Assembly: GCF_036321535.1 (NCBI RefSeq)
Contig: NC_087472.1
Location: forward strand, 101,682,001-101,746,000
From: Camelus dromedarius
Lineage: Eukaryota
Direction of reading: 5' to 3'
Length of the DNA stretch: 64,000 nt
The position numbers were made by a program, and so were the translations under genes. The notes below the pieces were generated by a model. It was not told the origin of the DNA. It saw only the letters and a list, made by a program, of their open reading frames with translations, and ran no database searches. Shown here piece by piece: positions 25,111 through 36,190 of this stretch. Every line of letters begins with the position of its first letter. Position 1 is the stretch's first letter.

Positions 25111-25387
25111 GCCACAGCCCAACAGTCAGGGTTTCTGTGAAGGGTGTTCCATATCTGATTCAGTCTTCAAAAACGGCTCAAGTTTCAAGCTGATGAGGTC
25201 AGCTAGGGCTGGAGGCTTTGGCTATTGTTTGTTAAACCCTCTTTTTGAGGATCCAAGAAATTGACCTGAGTGTAGACAGCAGGTTTTAAAAAAAAAAGTT
25301 ACTATCATAATTATTTTTAGAAAGACTGGAGCCAAGAAAGTGAACAGTATCTAATTGTGAGATTGCTTTGTAGCGACAAGGGCTTCA

Positions 25388-25425
25388 ACAGACAGACAGA
25401 CACACACACACACACACACACACAC
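25388..25425. repeat. (CAGA)n(CA)n compound microsatellite
   Basis: acagacagacagacacacacacacacacacacacacac. Confidence 0.95.
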
Positions 25426-25952
25426 CCCTTTCTACCCGCCGCAAAAGTTTTTTTCATTGTCTCAGCAGTCACAGTGTAGCCACACAAAGCAGGCTTTCAT
25501 TTATGTCTCTCTCTCTCTCTCTGGGAAGCCAGGCTGGAGAGTAAAAGATATCTTAATGTTCTCTTTCAAGGCTGCTGAGATTTAGAAACAAAGATTGGTA
25601 GGATGCTACAATATCCGCCTTTCTTTCACTCTCCTGCACTTTCTGTTACCTTCCACTTGCCTTTTTTTTAAAAACAATTTTTAAGCAGCTCCTGTTTTAC
25701 TTAGCTACCTGAAAATGTGTTCAAAGCAAGTAGCAGTGGGAAGAAATTCAACTCTAAAGGGAAAGACTCAGTTGGGGGGTTTGTGGCCCATGTTCATGGA
25801 GTTTAAGTTGTAATCCAACAATACATGTTTGAAAGCTGCAGCTCTGGCCCCCTATTCAAAGTTTTCCTAGTGAAATTTAGGAACTTAGAATCATCTGGAG
25901 CAGAATGGAAAGAGAGGGGCTTGATGCCATTTGTAGGTAGGAAAGTTCTAGG

Positions 25953-26163
25953 GCTGTGCAGTCCAGTACAGAAGCCATGAGTCACATGTGGCTATTTATA
26001 TTTCAATTTTAATTAAAATTAAGCACAATTTAAAATTCAGTTCTTAAGTTGTACCAGCCACATTTCGACTGCTCAATAGCCACATAGAGCTAGTGGCTGC
26101 TCTAGTGAACAGCATAGATAAAGAACACTTCCATCACTCAGAAAGTTCTCCTGGGCAATGTTA
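25953..26163. mobile_element. MER3 hAT-Charlie MITE
   Basis: cacatgtggctattta...aaaattcagttc...agccacatttcgactgctcaatagccaca...agaacacttccatcactcagaaagttct. Confidence 0.85.
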
Positions 26164-26367
26164 CCAGTGATTTGACTTTTTTGGCTCAGGGAGTGAGGGT
26201 GGGGCAGAGTCTTGCTGGGAAACAGAAAACTTCTTATGGGCAGAGTAACAGAAAATCCTAGAACATGTCTCCTTCCTCCACTTTTCTTGCTTTTCTACTT
26301 GTTTTCCTATCTCTGATTCTGCTCTTCCTCATCTCTGTGAATAGGAGAATCTGATCAGCACTTACAC

Positions 26368-26481
26368 CAGAATGGAATCTCCTCAAGGGCAGGGAGTTGG
26401 GGCCCTTTGGTTCACTGCTGTAGTCTTCACAGCCACTATGGCGCTTAAGGGCAGGTGCTTAGTAAGTGCTGGTTGGATGAG
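26368..26481 (+). mobile_element. L2 3' tail
   Basis: ctcctcaagggcaggga...ttggttcactgctgtagtc...aggtgcttagtaagtgctggttggatga. Confidence 0.7.
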
Positions 26482-26684
26482 CCATCCCAAGGGGGTAGAA
26501 TGTCACGACTTTTCTCTATGAAGCAGGAAACTAAAACATCTTCCACTTTTCCATTTGGTTGGTGGGAAGCTGCTGTTTGGGGCCACCAAGTATAACAGGT
26601 ACCACCAGGGACCCTCTCAAACAGCCTCAGTCCTCAACTCCCCAAGGCTGGACAGAATCCTGCCTTCATCATGAGACTCGGAGG

Positions 26685-26930
26685 GGCAGCTTGCCACAGG
26701 AATTAAAAACTTGAGTTCCTGGGTGTGAACACTGGCTCTGTCACTTATGAGCTGTGTGGCCCTGGGGGAAATCATTTAACCTGCTCTGTGCCTCAGTTGC
26801 CTCATCTTTAAAATGAGGGTAATAAATAATAGTTCCTCCCTCAGAGGGATGTTGTTTACATGTTAATCCATGTAAAGCACTGGGGGCAGTTGTGGGCTCT
26901 TGATAAGTGCTCAGTAAATGTTAGTTACTG
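26685..26930 (+). mobile_element. MIR SINE, near full length
   Basis: ctggctctgtcacttatgagctgtgtggccctggg...ctctgtgcctcagttgcctcatctttaaaatg...aagtgctcagtaaatgttag. Confidence 0.9.
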
Positions 26931-29032
26931 GACTGCTGCTGCCAAGCCCATCCTGCTAAATGAGGAGTCTCAGTACAAATCGTTGCCAGTGAGCCCACAA
27001 TAGCCACACAGCTGACTGTACTGAATAAAATGAAACACTGAAAATCTGCCTCAGCCATCTGAAGCATGTACATTAGGGGGCTTCTGGGAGTGTGAGGTAT
27101 TTGAGAGATTTAAAAGTAGAAGGAGCCACTCCATAAATAGGAAACATAAAACTTTTAGAAAAATTGCAGGTGGAAATCCTTTTCAGTCCCTCCAACTGGT
27201 CACTTGTCTTCCAGGAAGATAAATCAACTGGGTTGTTTGGAATGGAAATAGGCTCTGAATATCTTCCAATGACAGAGAAACGACTCGCCGCGAACTGAGA
27301 CTTGAAGGGCCAGACCAGCATGGGCTCTGAAACTTGACACTGAGACCACAGGTCCCGGCAGCCCCAGCAAGCGTGGAGAGGATGCCCGAGCTCTTGGGCC
27401 TCCAGTGTCTACCAGGGGCCTCAGTTGGTTCAACACAACATTCTGACTCTCAGGATGGCCAGAGGCCACAGTGTGGGTGTGAGTCTACTCAGAAGGAAAC
27501 TGGCAAAGAAGCATCACTGGCCGGCAGGGCAGCTTCCGGCATCCCTCCTCTGTGGAGCTCCTTATAGGAGCTCACATGCTGTCCATGGGCTGGTCTCTGG
27601 CTTCCCAAATGGCAGCTCAGGTGCAAACAGACAAGATGCACATCAGAAAAAGCAGGGTCCATCCTGGCTTAGAAGTCCCCTGCCCCACGGGAGCTAATAT
27701 GCAACAGAGTAAACAACTCGGGTTTCCAGGGGTACCATAAGGCACAGGCCAGTACTGAGAGCTGCGCGCTCGGGGAAGCCCGAAGCTCTGGCTCCCTGCC
27801 AGGTGTTTAGATTCATTTACAATCCTGCGGCACCAGAAGCAATTTAACAATTGGGTCATTTTTACTATAAGCAATATTGCCTGGTAACGCAGCTGACATT
27901 CCACCTTCACCAGGTTTCCAGGGCAACAGAGCTAGAAAGTTAACACAAGGACAGATTTCCACAGAGAAGGCGAAAGGGTTAGGTTAACCCTTTACCGACT
28001 GTGACAAACTCTTCTGGAGAAGGACTGCTAGTCCCCACTAATTGGTGCAGGGACACGATGGAACACAGAAAAGCTGGACCCCAACCCAGGCTGGAGGGCA
28101 AAAGGTGGCCATCGGAACCCCTAAGAGGAATGGGGTTTCCTTGGCAACGCGCGATGAGGATTAGGGATAGAGCTTATCCTGTGAGGGAAAGACCACGGGC
28201 AAGAGGTCGTTAGGACTGCTATACTACAGGCACCCATGGTGGGAAAAGCGTCAGGCACCCCAGGGAAAACATTAGGAACTCCCAAGAAAGCCAAGCAAAT
28301 CTAAGTTAATGCAGCTACTCAATGACCTGCAACTAAGGGTCTTGGAATAGACTCTTTACCTAGTTTCCCGGCTCAGTGTTGGCTCGGAGGCCACATTTCC
28401 CTACCGCTGGTCCAGCACCCTCACAGTTTTTGTTCCAGGAAGACACACATCACTGATGGTACACTCATTTACAGTTCCCAGGAAGCAAGCTGTTTTCTCT
28501 CTCACGTGAGGAAGCATATCAAAATGGGATGAAAGTGATGTTAGCTGTAGTCTTAAATCCCCCCTAATTTATATTTAAAAGTAAATCACTCCCAAATGTC
28601 TGTCATGATTAACAAAGTACGTGACGCTAACAACTTGAGCTCACAAGTGACACACGGATGTGTCGGGACCTGCTTCTGAGAACCAAGGCCCCATTATATC
28701 AGCACAGGGGCAGGGAGACTATTCTCGTGCTGGCTTCAAAGCCCACCTCAAACTGTAACCAGACGTGCTTTCATCTTTCTCAAGTCAAGTTGGGAGGCAT
28801 CAGGCACCTCCTGCCCCAACCTGCATTGCTCTTGAGTGTTTTACTGGGGTCAGGATACAGTTCTGGGACACCTAAGATGAGCCAGTTTTGGTACTTCTAC
28901 ACCTTGATTTGATCATTTATCTAGTTTAGAGGATCCCAAATCCTCGGGATACATTTCATAGTCTCATCTAACATTGGGTCAAAGGATGATCAGGATCAGC
29001 TGGTGCTTGGCTTAACTCAGGCTTGGAGAAAG

Positions 29033-29160
29033 CATTCACTCATTCATTCACTCACTCACTCACCTGACAATCAATTATCAAAGGCTTATGTGAAATACAG
29101 GTGAGAGTGACATCAAAAGGTCCTCATGGTGTTTCTGGCCTCAAGGAGTTCAAGATTTTG
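29033..29160 (-). mobile_element. L2 3' tail
   Basis: (cattcact)n-like tail followed by tctggcctcaaggagttcaagat. Confidence 0.6.
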
Positions 29161-29303
29161 CTTATTCAGATACCTGAGCACCCTCTCTCCCTAACTCTTT
29201 CCCTTCTTCCTTCCACTGAGAAGTTCCAGAAATTCTTTATTGCCAGAGGCATGACCCACCTGCTCTGTAAAGGATCACTCTTGCAGAACGTTGCTTTCTA
29301 AAA

Positions 29304-29581
29304 CAGCATCTCCTGAAACGAGTTTCAGGGACCCCAAGGCTCAAAAAAGTGTTAACAGAGCTCTATGGTCAAAGGAATTTGGGAAATGCTTCATGCTTGA
29401 GCCTTTTTAAGAGAGTCACAATGTACTTTGGGATATTAAAGGCTCTGATAAGTTCTGCAACAAAGAAACTTGTTTTTTCCTTTTTAAGCTTATCCAGTTT
29501 TCTCAAACCTTCTTGACCACAGAAATGTGTGTATGTGATCTACTAACATTCTAAGGAACCCACGTAGTTTGGGAAACACTT
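29304..29581. mobile_element. MER103-like hAT-Charlie element
   Basis: tttgggaaatgct...gagagtcacaatgt...atattaaaggctctgataagttctgcaacaaagaaact...tttgggaaacact. Confidence 0.8.
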
Positions 29582-30658
29582 TACTAAAGCAATACACCCT
29601 TCACTTGTCTCCCAATCTGGAGATGTATTTATTAACATATATTTGTACATACACAAAATGCCTTATATTATTGTCAATTTGACCAATGTCTTTGAACTCT
29701 ATTATTAAAAATAATGTTAACAGAATTTATTATTAGGAGACAAATACTGTCTCAGTGACATTCTGAAGGTCCCAGAGTAGGTTGCTGTCAGGTAGATAAT
29801 AGGTCATCAAAGAGGCAAATTCATGGCCCTCAAGTTGTTTATAGCTTCCTCTGAGAGGTCATTGAAACCAAGCCAATTTCTTTTCCTCTTGGGCCATGGG
29901 TCCCAGGGGCTTGGGCAAAGAAAGTTCTAGTAGCTTATTGAAATAGGTGCCCCTCTCTTACTGCCACTCTAGCTTTGGGTGCCAATCAGAGTTAGGACTA
30001 AAGAGGCTGAGTGACTTGGCCAAGGAGCAGCAACATCAGGATGGCGTTAAGCCATGCTGCAAAGTCACTGAAACAGCTTTTAGCACTTATAAGTATATTT
30101 TATTATGTTCTTTGTTTGAACTATTAATACCAGCAGTGGGAGTGACTGAATGGATGTCTAACCATATAGTAGGTTTGGCAGGCATTCGTGAGAAGCGATG
30201 GACTCTGGAAAGAGAAAAAAAGAGTGCAAATTCCTTTTGTTCTATTTTCTGAGCTCTGAAATATGTTGGAGAGAAGTCTGAAATGGTTACAAGTTATCAA
30301 TGCAGTGTCCCCAAATGAAGCCAGCCCATTTTGTCTGAGACCCTTCTGGCACTTACTTGGCAGACATATTTCTTGATTCCTCTCTTCAGAAAGAAGGAAA
30401 GTAGTTCCTCCTGATTGAAACTCCCAAGCCTGAAATCGCTGAGAAAAGAAATGCAAGTGTGTGTGTCTGAAAATGTATATACAAACAGAAATTAAACATT
30501 TAATACGTTTATCATGTTAACAGGAACTGGCTTGTTGCCAAGTAGCCGTATGCTCCAAGGGAGCCCCCACACAGAGAAGAACCTCCACTTAAAGAAGTGT
30601 CAAGAATTTTCTTCTTTGAATTGTTTTCTTTCCTTAAACACTGTTCTCAGAGACAGAA

Positions 30659-30723
30659 AGGTCAAAGGTGACCTGCTTAGCCAGCAGCGGGGAACTTCCG
30701 GCGTCCACGCCGGGCCACCCAAT
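30659..30723. promoter_or_regulatory. Candidate enhancer/promoter: DR1 nuclear-receptor element, NF-kB/ETS site and CCAAT box
   Basis: AGGTCAaAGGTGA (30659-30671), GGGAACTTCC (30690-30699), ACTTCCGG (30694-30701), CCAAT (30719-30723), with local CpG retention. Confidence 0.45.
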
Positions 30724-33259
30724 AGTGTTTTCCATCCAGGCCACAGGTACCTCATCAAGACCCCCACCTCCTCTCCAACTGGCAGCAAACACCTCCCCTT
30801 CCTCTAGGGCCGTCTCACTGGCACCTTCCTTTCGTACAGTGTATCGGGCCATCTCTGGTGGAGCAAACGTCCCTTTTCTTAGTTGGAAGCCTATCTGACC
30901 CCGCGTCTGACGAGGGACAGGAGGCATCTTTAGTTACCACCAAAGACCACAAGCCCATGTGGAAGGAAGCTGGCACTCTCCCTCCTTTTTCTGACTTACC
31001 AATTCTAGGTATCCCTGACGCTTTCCTGGGAAGACTCTAAAATGATTTCTCAGATTCCCTCTCAGTGCACCAGGGAACACCTTGAGAATCACATAGGTCT
31101 GATTCTCCACTGGTGGTGGTGGTGTGTGTGGAAGACAGAGCAATCTGGTCTTTAGGAGCCCTACCTTGCCTTACTGAGAAGGAGGAATCGTGTTTGCTGT
31201 CCTAGCCAAGAGCTCCAAGCTCCCCAGGAGGACTCTGGTCCTGGTCCTGTTTCCCTCCTGACGGGCGAGGACACCTCATATTTGTGTGCTACAGTCTAAT
31301 TTATAAGAGAACTGCTGAAAAGCCTCTCTCAAGGTTCAATAACAGCACTTCGAAATCTGATTTGGGTTTTTTAATACGCTTTGTGACTTTAGACAGTGAC
31401 TTAACACCTCTGAGTTGAAATCTCCTTTTATGTAAAAGAGGCTGATCTCTCTGATGGCGCTAAAAAGAGCTTTCAGCTTGTTGCTCTTTTCCCAGAACAG
31501 GAGGGTGAGGTCAGTTGAAGTAGCAGTTAACAGCAACCCCTTAAAAAACAAGTAGTTGTGTTCTTCCCAGGCTGAAATATTTCTGTAAGTTATCATTTGG
31601 GGACTGTGCTCCTTAAGCCACTTAAAAACCTGCGTGAGGCTGCTAGGATCCAGGCCAATCTGAATGAGTTTTTCAAGCAAGATTTTCTAACACAGCATCG
31701 AACCATCTTTTAAAGCTCTAGACATAATGTTCTCCTTTCTCACCCAGTAATTCTGTAATTTTGAGGACAACTGCTCTTTTCCATCATCAGATCCTTTTAT
31801 CTCGACTTAAGATGTGTAAGCTATCCATAGCAAACAATTCTACACGCCCAGATCTTTGACTGTTTTCCTTCCGTGTTTATTCTTTACTTCGATAGGGAGC
31901 GAATGCTCATTTTCTGGCCTGTAACAGGCAAGATTGGGCTTTATGTGCCCTCTACCTGCCCCATGAAAGACAAATGTTTTGCAGAATCATCTCTTTACCT
32001 GACAACCTTCCTGCTTCTCTATGATTTTTTCAAAACATAATTGGCAAGAGATAGGGTGCCCACTTCTCTACCTCACTAAGCTATTCATCCATTGGACATG
32101 CTGAGTTGACAAGTTGGGGTTTTCCAGGCAGCTTAAAAAACAAATCCCAGACTCTTCTCCTCCATGACCGGCCAACCACCCCTCCCTCTCGTGCCACCAC
32201 CTCCTATGGTTTTGCCACTTCTTAATTAGTGACAACACCGGCACCCACAACGGTCTCCCAGGTATTTCCACCAGAATTTATCACTGACCTACTTTCTGTC
32301 TAGTTTCTTTACACTTCCCTGTACCCTGAAACCAGTCTGATAAATTGCTTGTGTGAGAGTCTCTTTATATTTGTTCCTGGAGGTTCGATCTTAGCATCTA
32401 TTATAATACACCTGGCACCTCTGCCTTGGGGTCCACCATGCCAGCTGATATACCGGTGTGAAAAAGCTTGTAGGCTCCCACACACATTCTTGTTCTTTCT
32501 CGCTCCTTCTTTTATCCCTTACCTCCTTTCCTCCCTCCCTCCCTCCCTACATCCCCCTTCACTTAATTCACTCTCAAAATTCCACCTCTCCATGAATAGA
32601 GTCTGACAATACCAAACAGCTGAGATCTACTGGAAAATACTAAAAATAATTGCCTTTTGTTATTAAAGTCAGGATGGGGGCCACTGTTCCCTCCCAGGAA
32701 TTTGTAGAGTTTCCTGCAGGGATTCAGAGGTCTGTACCCCAGTGCTTTTTTTAGAACATGAAGGACTATTTCAATAAACATGCCACTAAACTGACGACGT
32801 CGCCTTAAATTAATGTGTATTGTCTCTTGTCGCATTTAGCTCTGACTGTTGCTTTTCTGGAATTTGCCATTGGAATATTTTCCACACTGATCTCTTCCCG
32901 CTGTCCTCCACACCCTCTGTGACAGTAAAGTTCCTTCTGAGATTCGAAGGAGGCCAAGAGCCCTAACTCTGCCTCTGCTCAGTACCCACTGGGGACCCCT
33001 GCATCATTTATGTTTTCCAGGACAACCTTTTTTGGTCAAGGTCTTGGGAAAACTAACTCAAGAGTCATCTTCCTTAGGGCTCTGGAATTAATAGGCTGCC
33101 TTTTTGCCCATGAGCCTTGATTTCATTAAGATAGCTACAATGTGACCTAAATGAGTGTATTACTGCTAGATGCCCAGTTTGGAAAATGATATGCCCCCTG
33201 GATTTAGAATATTATAGACACTATTTACTGGGCTTGACTTTCTTTGTCTAGACCACAAG

Positions 33260-33430
33260 TAAAGAAGGATTTAGCATGCACCAGAGCCACGTGAAGTTTC
33301 TCATTCAAAACATACATTCTTGACCTCCCTCCTCAGAGGTTTGGATTCTTAGTGTGGGGTGGGGCCCAAGAATTGGCATTTTAACAGGAGCCCTATGTGC
33401 TTCGATGGGCCATGTGTGGAGAATCCCTGA
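33260..33430. mobile_element. MER5A-like MITE
   Basis: ggggtggggcccaagaattggcattttaacagg. Confidence 0.65.
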
Positions 33431-33672
33431 TCAAGAACAATGATCATAAAGGTTTACACCAGGCAACAACAGCCCACATCATCTGATGGGTTGAACTTTC
33501 TCAAGCAAAGAATTCAGCAGAGCCATCAACCCACCCCTGGGCTATTTGAATAATCTGACGATGAAACTGTTACCTAAAAGTTCTCAATTTGACAACAGGA
33601 GAAGATATTAACATTGTTTTTCATTTCTCAGGTGTGTTTGTTGTTTAACAAGCATGATATGAGTGATAAGGT

Positions 33673-33833
33673 AACAATATCGGTTCCTTAATTATAACAA
33701 ATGTACCATACTAATATAAGGGGTTAATAACAGGGGCATCTGGGTGCAGAGTATATGAGAGTTCTCTGTACTAGCTTCTCAATTTTTCAGTTCAGTTTAA
33801 GACTCTTTTATAAATAGGCTATTTTTTAAAAAA
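33673..33833 (+). mobile_element. L1MC-like 3' end
   Basis: ataacaaatgtaccatactaatataaggggttaataacagggg...gtatatgagagttctctgtactagcttctcaatttttc. Confidence 0.85.
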
Positions 33834-33834
33834 G

Positions 33835-34505
33835 CGTGATACACGTCAGCCACCAGAATGGCTAAGAATAAAAAGACAGAACATTCCAAGTGTCAGCAGG
33901 AGTAGAGGGCAACTAGAGCTCTCACACATTGCTGATGGGATTGTAAAATAGTACAACCACTTTGAGAAACTGCTCAGCAGTGTCTACTAAAGCTGAATAT
34001 TTGGATTCCTGATGATCTTGCACTTCTAGGTATATACCCCACAGAAATGTCTGCGAGTTCACCAAAAGATGTGTACATAGCAGCACTATTCATAGCATCC
34101 TAAACCAGGTATTAGCAAAATGTCAATCAACAATAAAATGGATAAATCAATCGTGATACATTCAAAAACTGAAATACTACACAGCAATGAGAACAAATTT
34201 CAGCGATATCCGATAACCAAACCAACGCAGAGTGAAAGAAATCAGATGCAAGTGAAATCATACTGTATGATTCTCTTTGTATAAACTATGAAAACCAGTT
34301 CCAACGAATCCATGTTGATAAGTGTCAGAATAAGGGTTATCCTGAGGGTCAGGGTAGAGGTGAGGGGGCTTCCCTGGGACTGTGATGTTGTTTGTGGGGG
34401 GATGTTACATACTTGGGTGTAAAATTCGGTTTGTGAAAATTTACTGAGCTGTATACTTAGGGCTGGTGCCTTTTTCTGTACGTATGTTATACCATTTTAC
34501 AAAAG
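33835..34505 (+). mobile_element. L1ME-like ORF2 3' end and 3' UTR (decayed)
   Basis: caccagaatggctaa...ctctcacacattgctgatgggattgtaaaatagtacaaccactttg...ctaggtatataccccacagaaatg...atactgtatgattc. Confidence 0.9.
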
Positions 34506-34534
34506 CAACTCACATTTTCTTTGGAGAACAAACA

Positions 34535-34785
34535 TATAGTCAGTCTGGTGGAGCTGCAAGTACAGAGACTGAAACTAGATATTTCAAATTCCAGGTTTAC
34601 CACCTCTAAGCTGCATGACCCTGGATAAGCCATTAAGGCTTTCCTACTTCTATCCCCATTGGTAAAGTATGTTAACCATACCTACGTTATGGGGTTGTTA
34701 TGAGGCTCGAACGAGTTAATATTTGTACAACACTTAGAATAGGGTGAGGCCCAGAGGAAGTGCCATAGAAGTGTTTCTGAAATAC
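34535..34785 (+). mobile_element. MIR SINE
   Basis: ttcaaattccagg...agctgcatgaccctggataag...ggggttgttatgaggctcgaacgagttaata. Confidence 0.75.
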
Positions 34786-34979
34786 ATAAAACCATTTTCT
34801 TGGGAGGGAGTGCACTTTAAAAAAATCTAATGATCACAACTCTAAAGGAGACTGAAGAAGAGTGAAGGAAATAAGAGGAGTGGAACTTGTTTCCGAGGCA
34901 GAGTTCTTGATTATGAGGGAAAATATGATCTTGGTGCCTGGCCCAGTAATTCTGTTCTTCTTGACTAGGAGTCTGGGCT

Positions 34980-35480
34980 TCCAACCGGCTCCCAGGCACC
35001 GGTCCAGAGACCTGATGACGAGCCACACTGGAGGCTGCCAGGAGCTGCCGCAGAGGGGCCCGGCCCAGCGGGCCTGCGGGGATGGTGGGGAGGGAGAACG
35101 CGGCGCAGTCGGGAGCCACAGCAGGCCCCACGCCAGGCTGGAGGCCCCCGACGTGACAGAAGCCCTTGCCTCCCCTCCAGCTCCCTGCTAGAACCTTCCC
35201 TCATACTATGGGGCTCCTCTGGGAAGAGCTGACTGGAACAGGGCTGCCTTCACAGCCAGAAAAAGAAAAGAAAGAGAGAATGGAGCAGGAGGGCCCTACC
35301 CTTCTAGAAACGAGTCTGTGCACATTCCAACCCCTCTCTCAGTAGAGTTTGTTCTTCCCTGAACATCCCCAGTGAATGAGGAGCCCGGGGTTTCACCGGC
35401 CACCTCCAGAGTCCGCCACAATCAGGTCCCCGCGGCGGGGCTCGGCCCGCTCTTCTCTCCCAGTGCCTGTCTGACTCAGC
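34980..35480. promoter_or_regulatory. CpG-rich unique patch with AP-1/ARE motif (candidate enhancer)
   Basis: Visibly many CpGs at 34985-35155 and 35385-35450; TGACTCAGC at 35472-35480. Confidence 0.35.
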
Positions 35481-35804
35481 TGGGTCCTCAATCAAAGCAC
35501 ATTTCCCTCTCATCTAATCCTTTGCCTTAGGAAGTTGAACTCACCCTCTAAAGCCTGCGCCTGAACAAAATAACCCAAATGAGAACAATTTTTATCTCCC
35601 ATTATAAGTGTAAGTGAATCTACTCTAACTTGGCAACTCTCCTGGAATATCCCACTAACTTTTAACTAGTTTCTTGCCTGCCCTCTTTCTTTGCTCTTTC
35701 TCCAGCTTTCTTCCAAATGCTTGCTGAAGGACAGTATCCTCCCCACTTCCACCCCGCCTTTTTTTCTTTTTTTAGATGAATGGTCTCAAGTTCTTGAAAC
35801 CACA

Positions 35805-36190
35805 TGTAGCAGACTGGCTAGTTCTACACAAAACTATTTCCCTTTACATCTCGGGCACATAGATTTCCCAGCCTCCCTCACATGTCTGTGGGGTCACGTG
35901 ACAGCTCTGGCCAGAATATGGGTGTGCCGGTAAACCTGCCCTTGATGGCCTCCATGCTCTTTTTTGCCTCATCTGCTAGCTGGATGCAGGAGCTCCGGAG
36001 GTGGAGCACTAGAAGGTCCCAGGGGATAGTGAAGCCATAAAATGGAAGGAGTTAGGGCCTCTGAATGCCTGCATGAACATAGCTCCCATTCCCTTGGAAT
36101 GTGACATGAGCAAGAATTGAGCCTTGATTTGTGTGAAGCCCTGAGACTTGGAGTAGATGGAACAGCCATTCGCCTACCCTGACTCATGCA
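35805..36190 (+). mobile_element. MLT1 (MLT1I/J-like) complete solo LTR
   Basis: TG...CA termini, partial 5-bp TSD ccaca/ccaag, internal atttcccagcctccct, atggaaggagttagggcctctgaatg, gtgtgaagccctgaga. Confidence 0.85.

Noticed and set aside
27973..27993. 9-bp inverted repeat aaagggtta-ggt-taacccttt
   Set aside because: A stem of this length is expected by chance in 64 kb
31336..31680. 114-aa minus-strand ORF
   Set aside because: No recognisable homology or supporting splice signals
33556..33568. CTGACGA-T-GAAAC and other CTGATGA hits as hammerhead ribozyme cores
   Set aside because: No stem II or flanking stems I/III could be built
35755..35780. Strong-looking + strand splice acceptor (another at about 41631-41658)
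   Set aside because: No good downstream donor or coding frame; isolated acceptor-like sites are common in non-coding DNA
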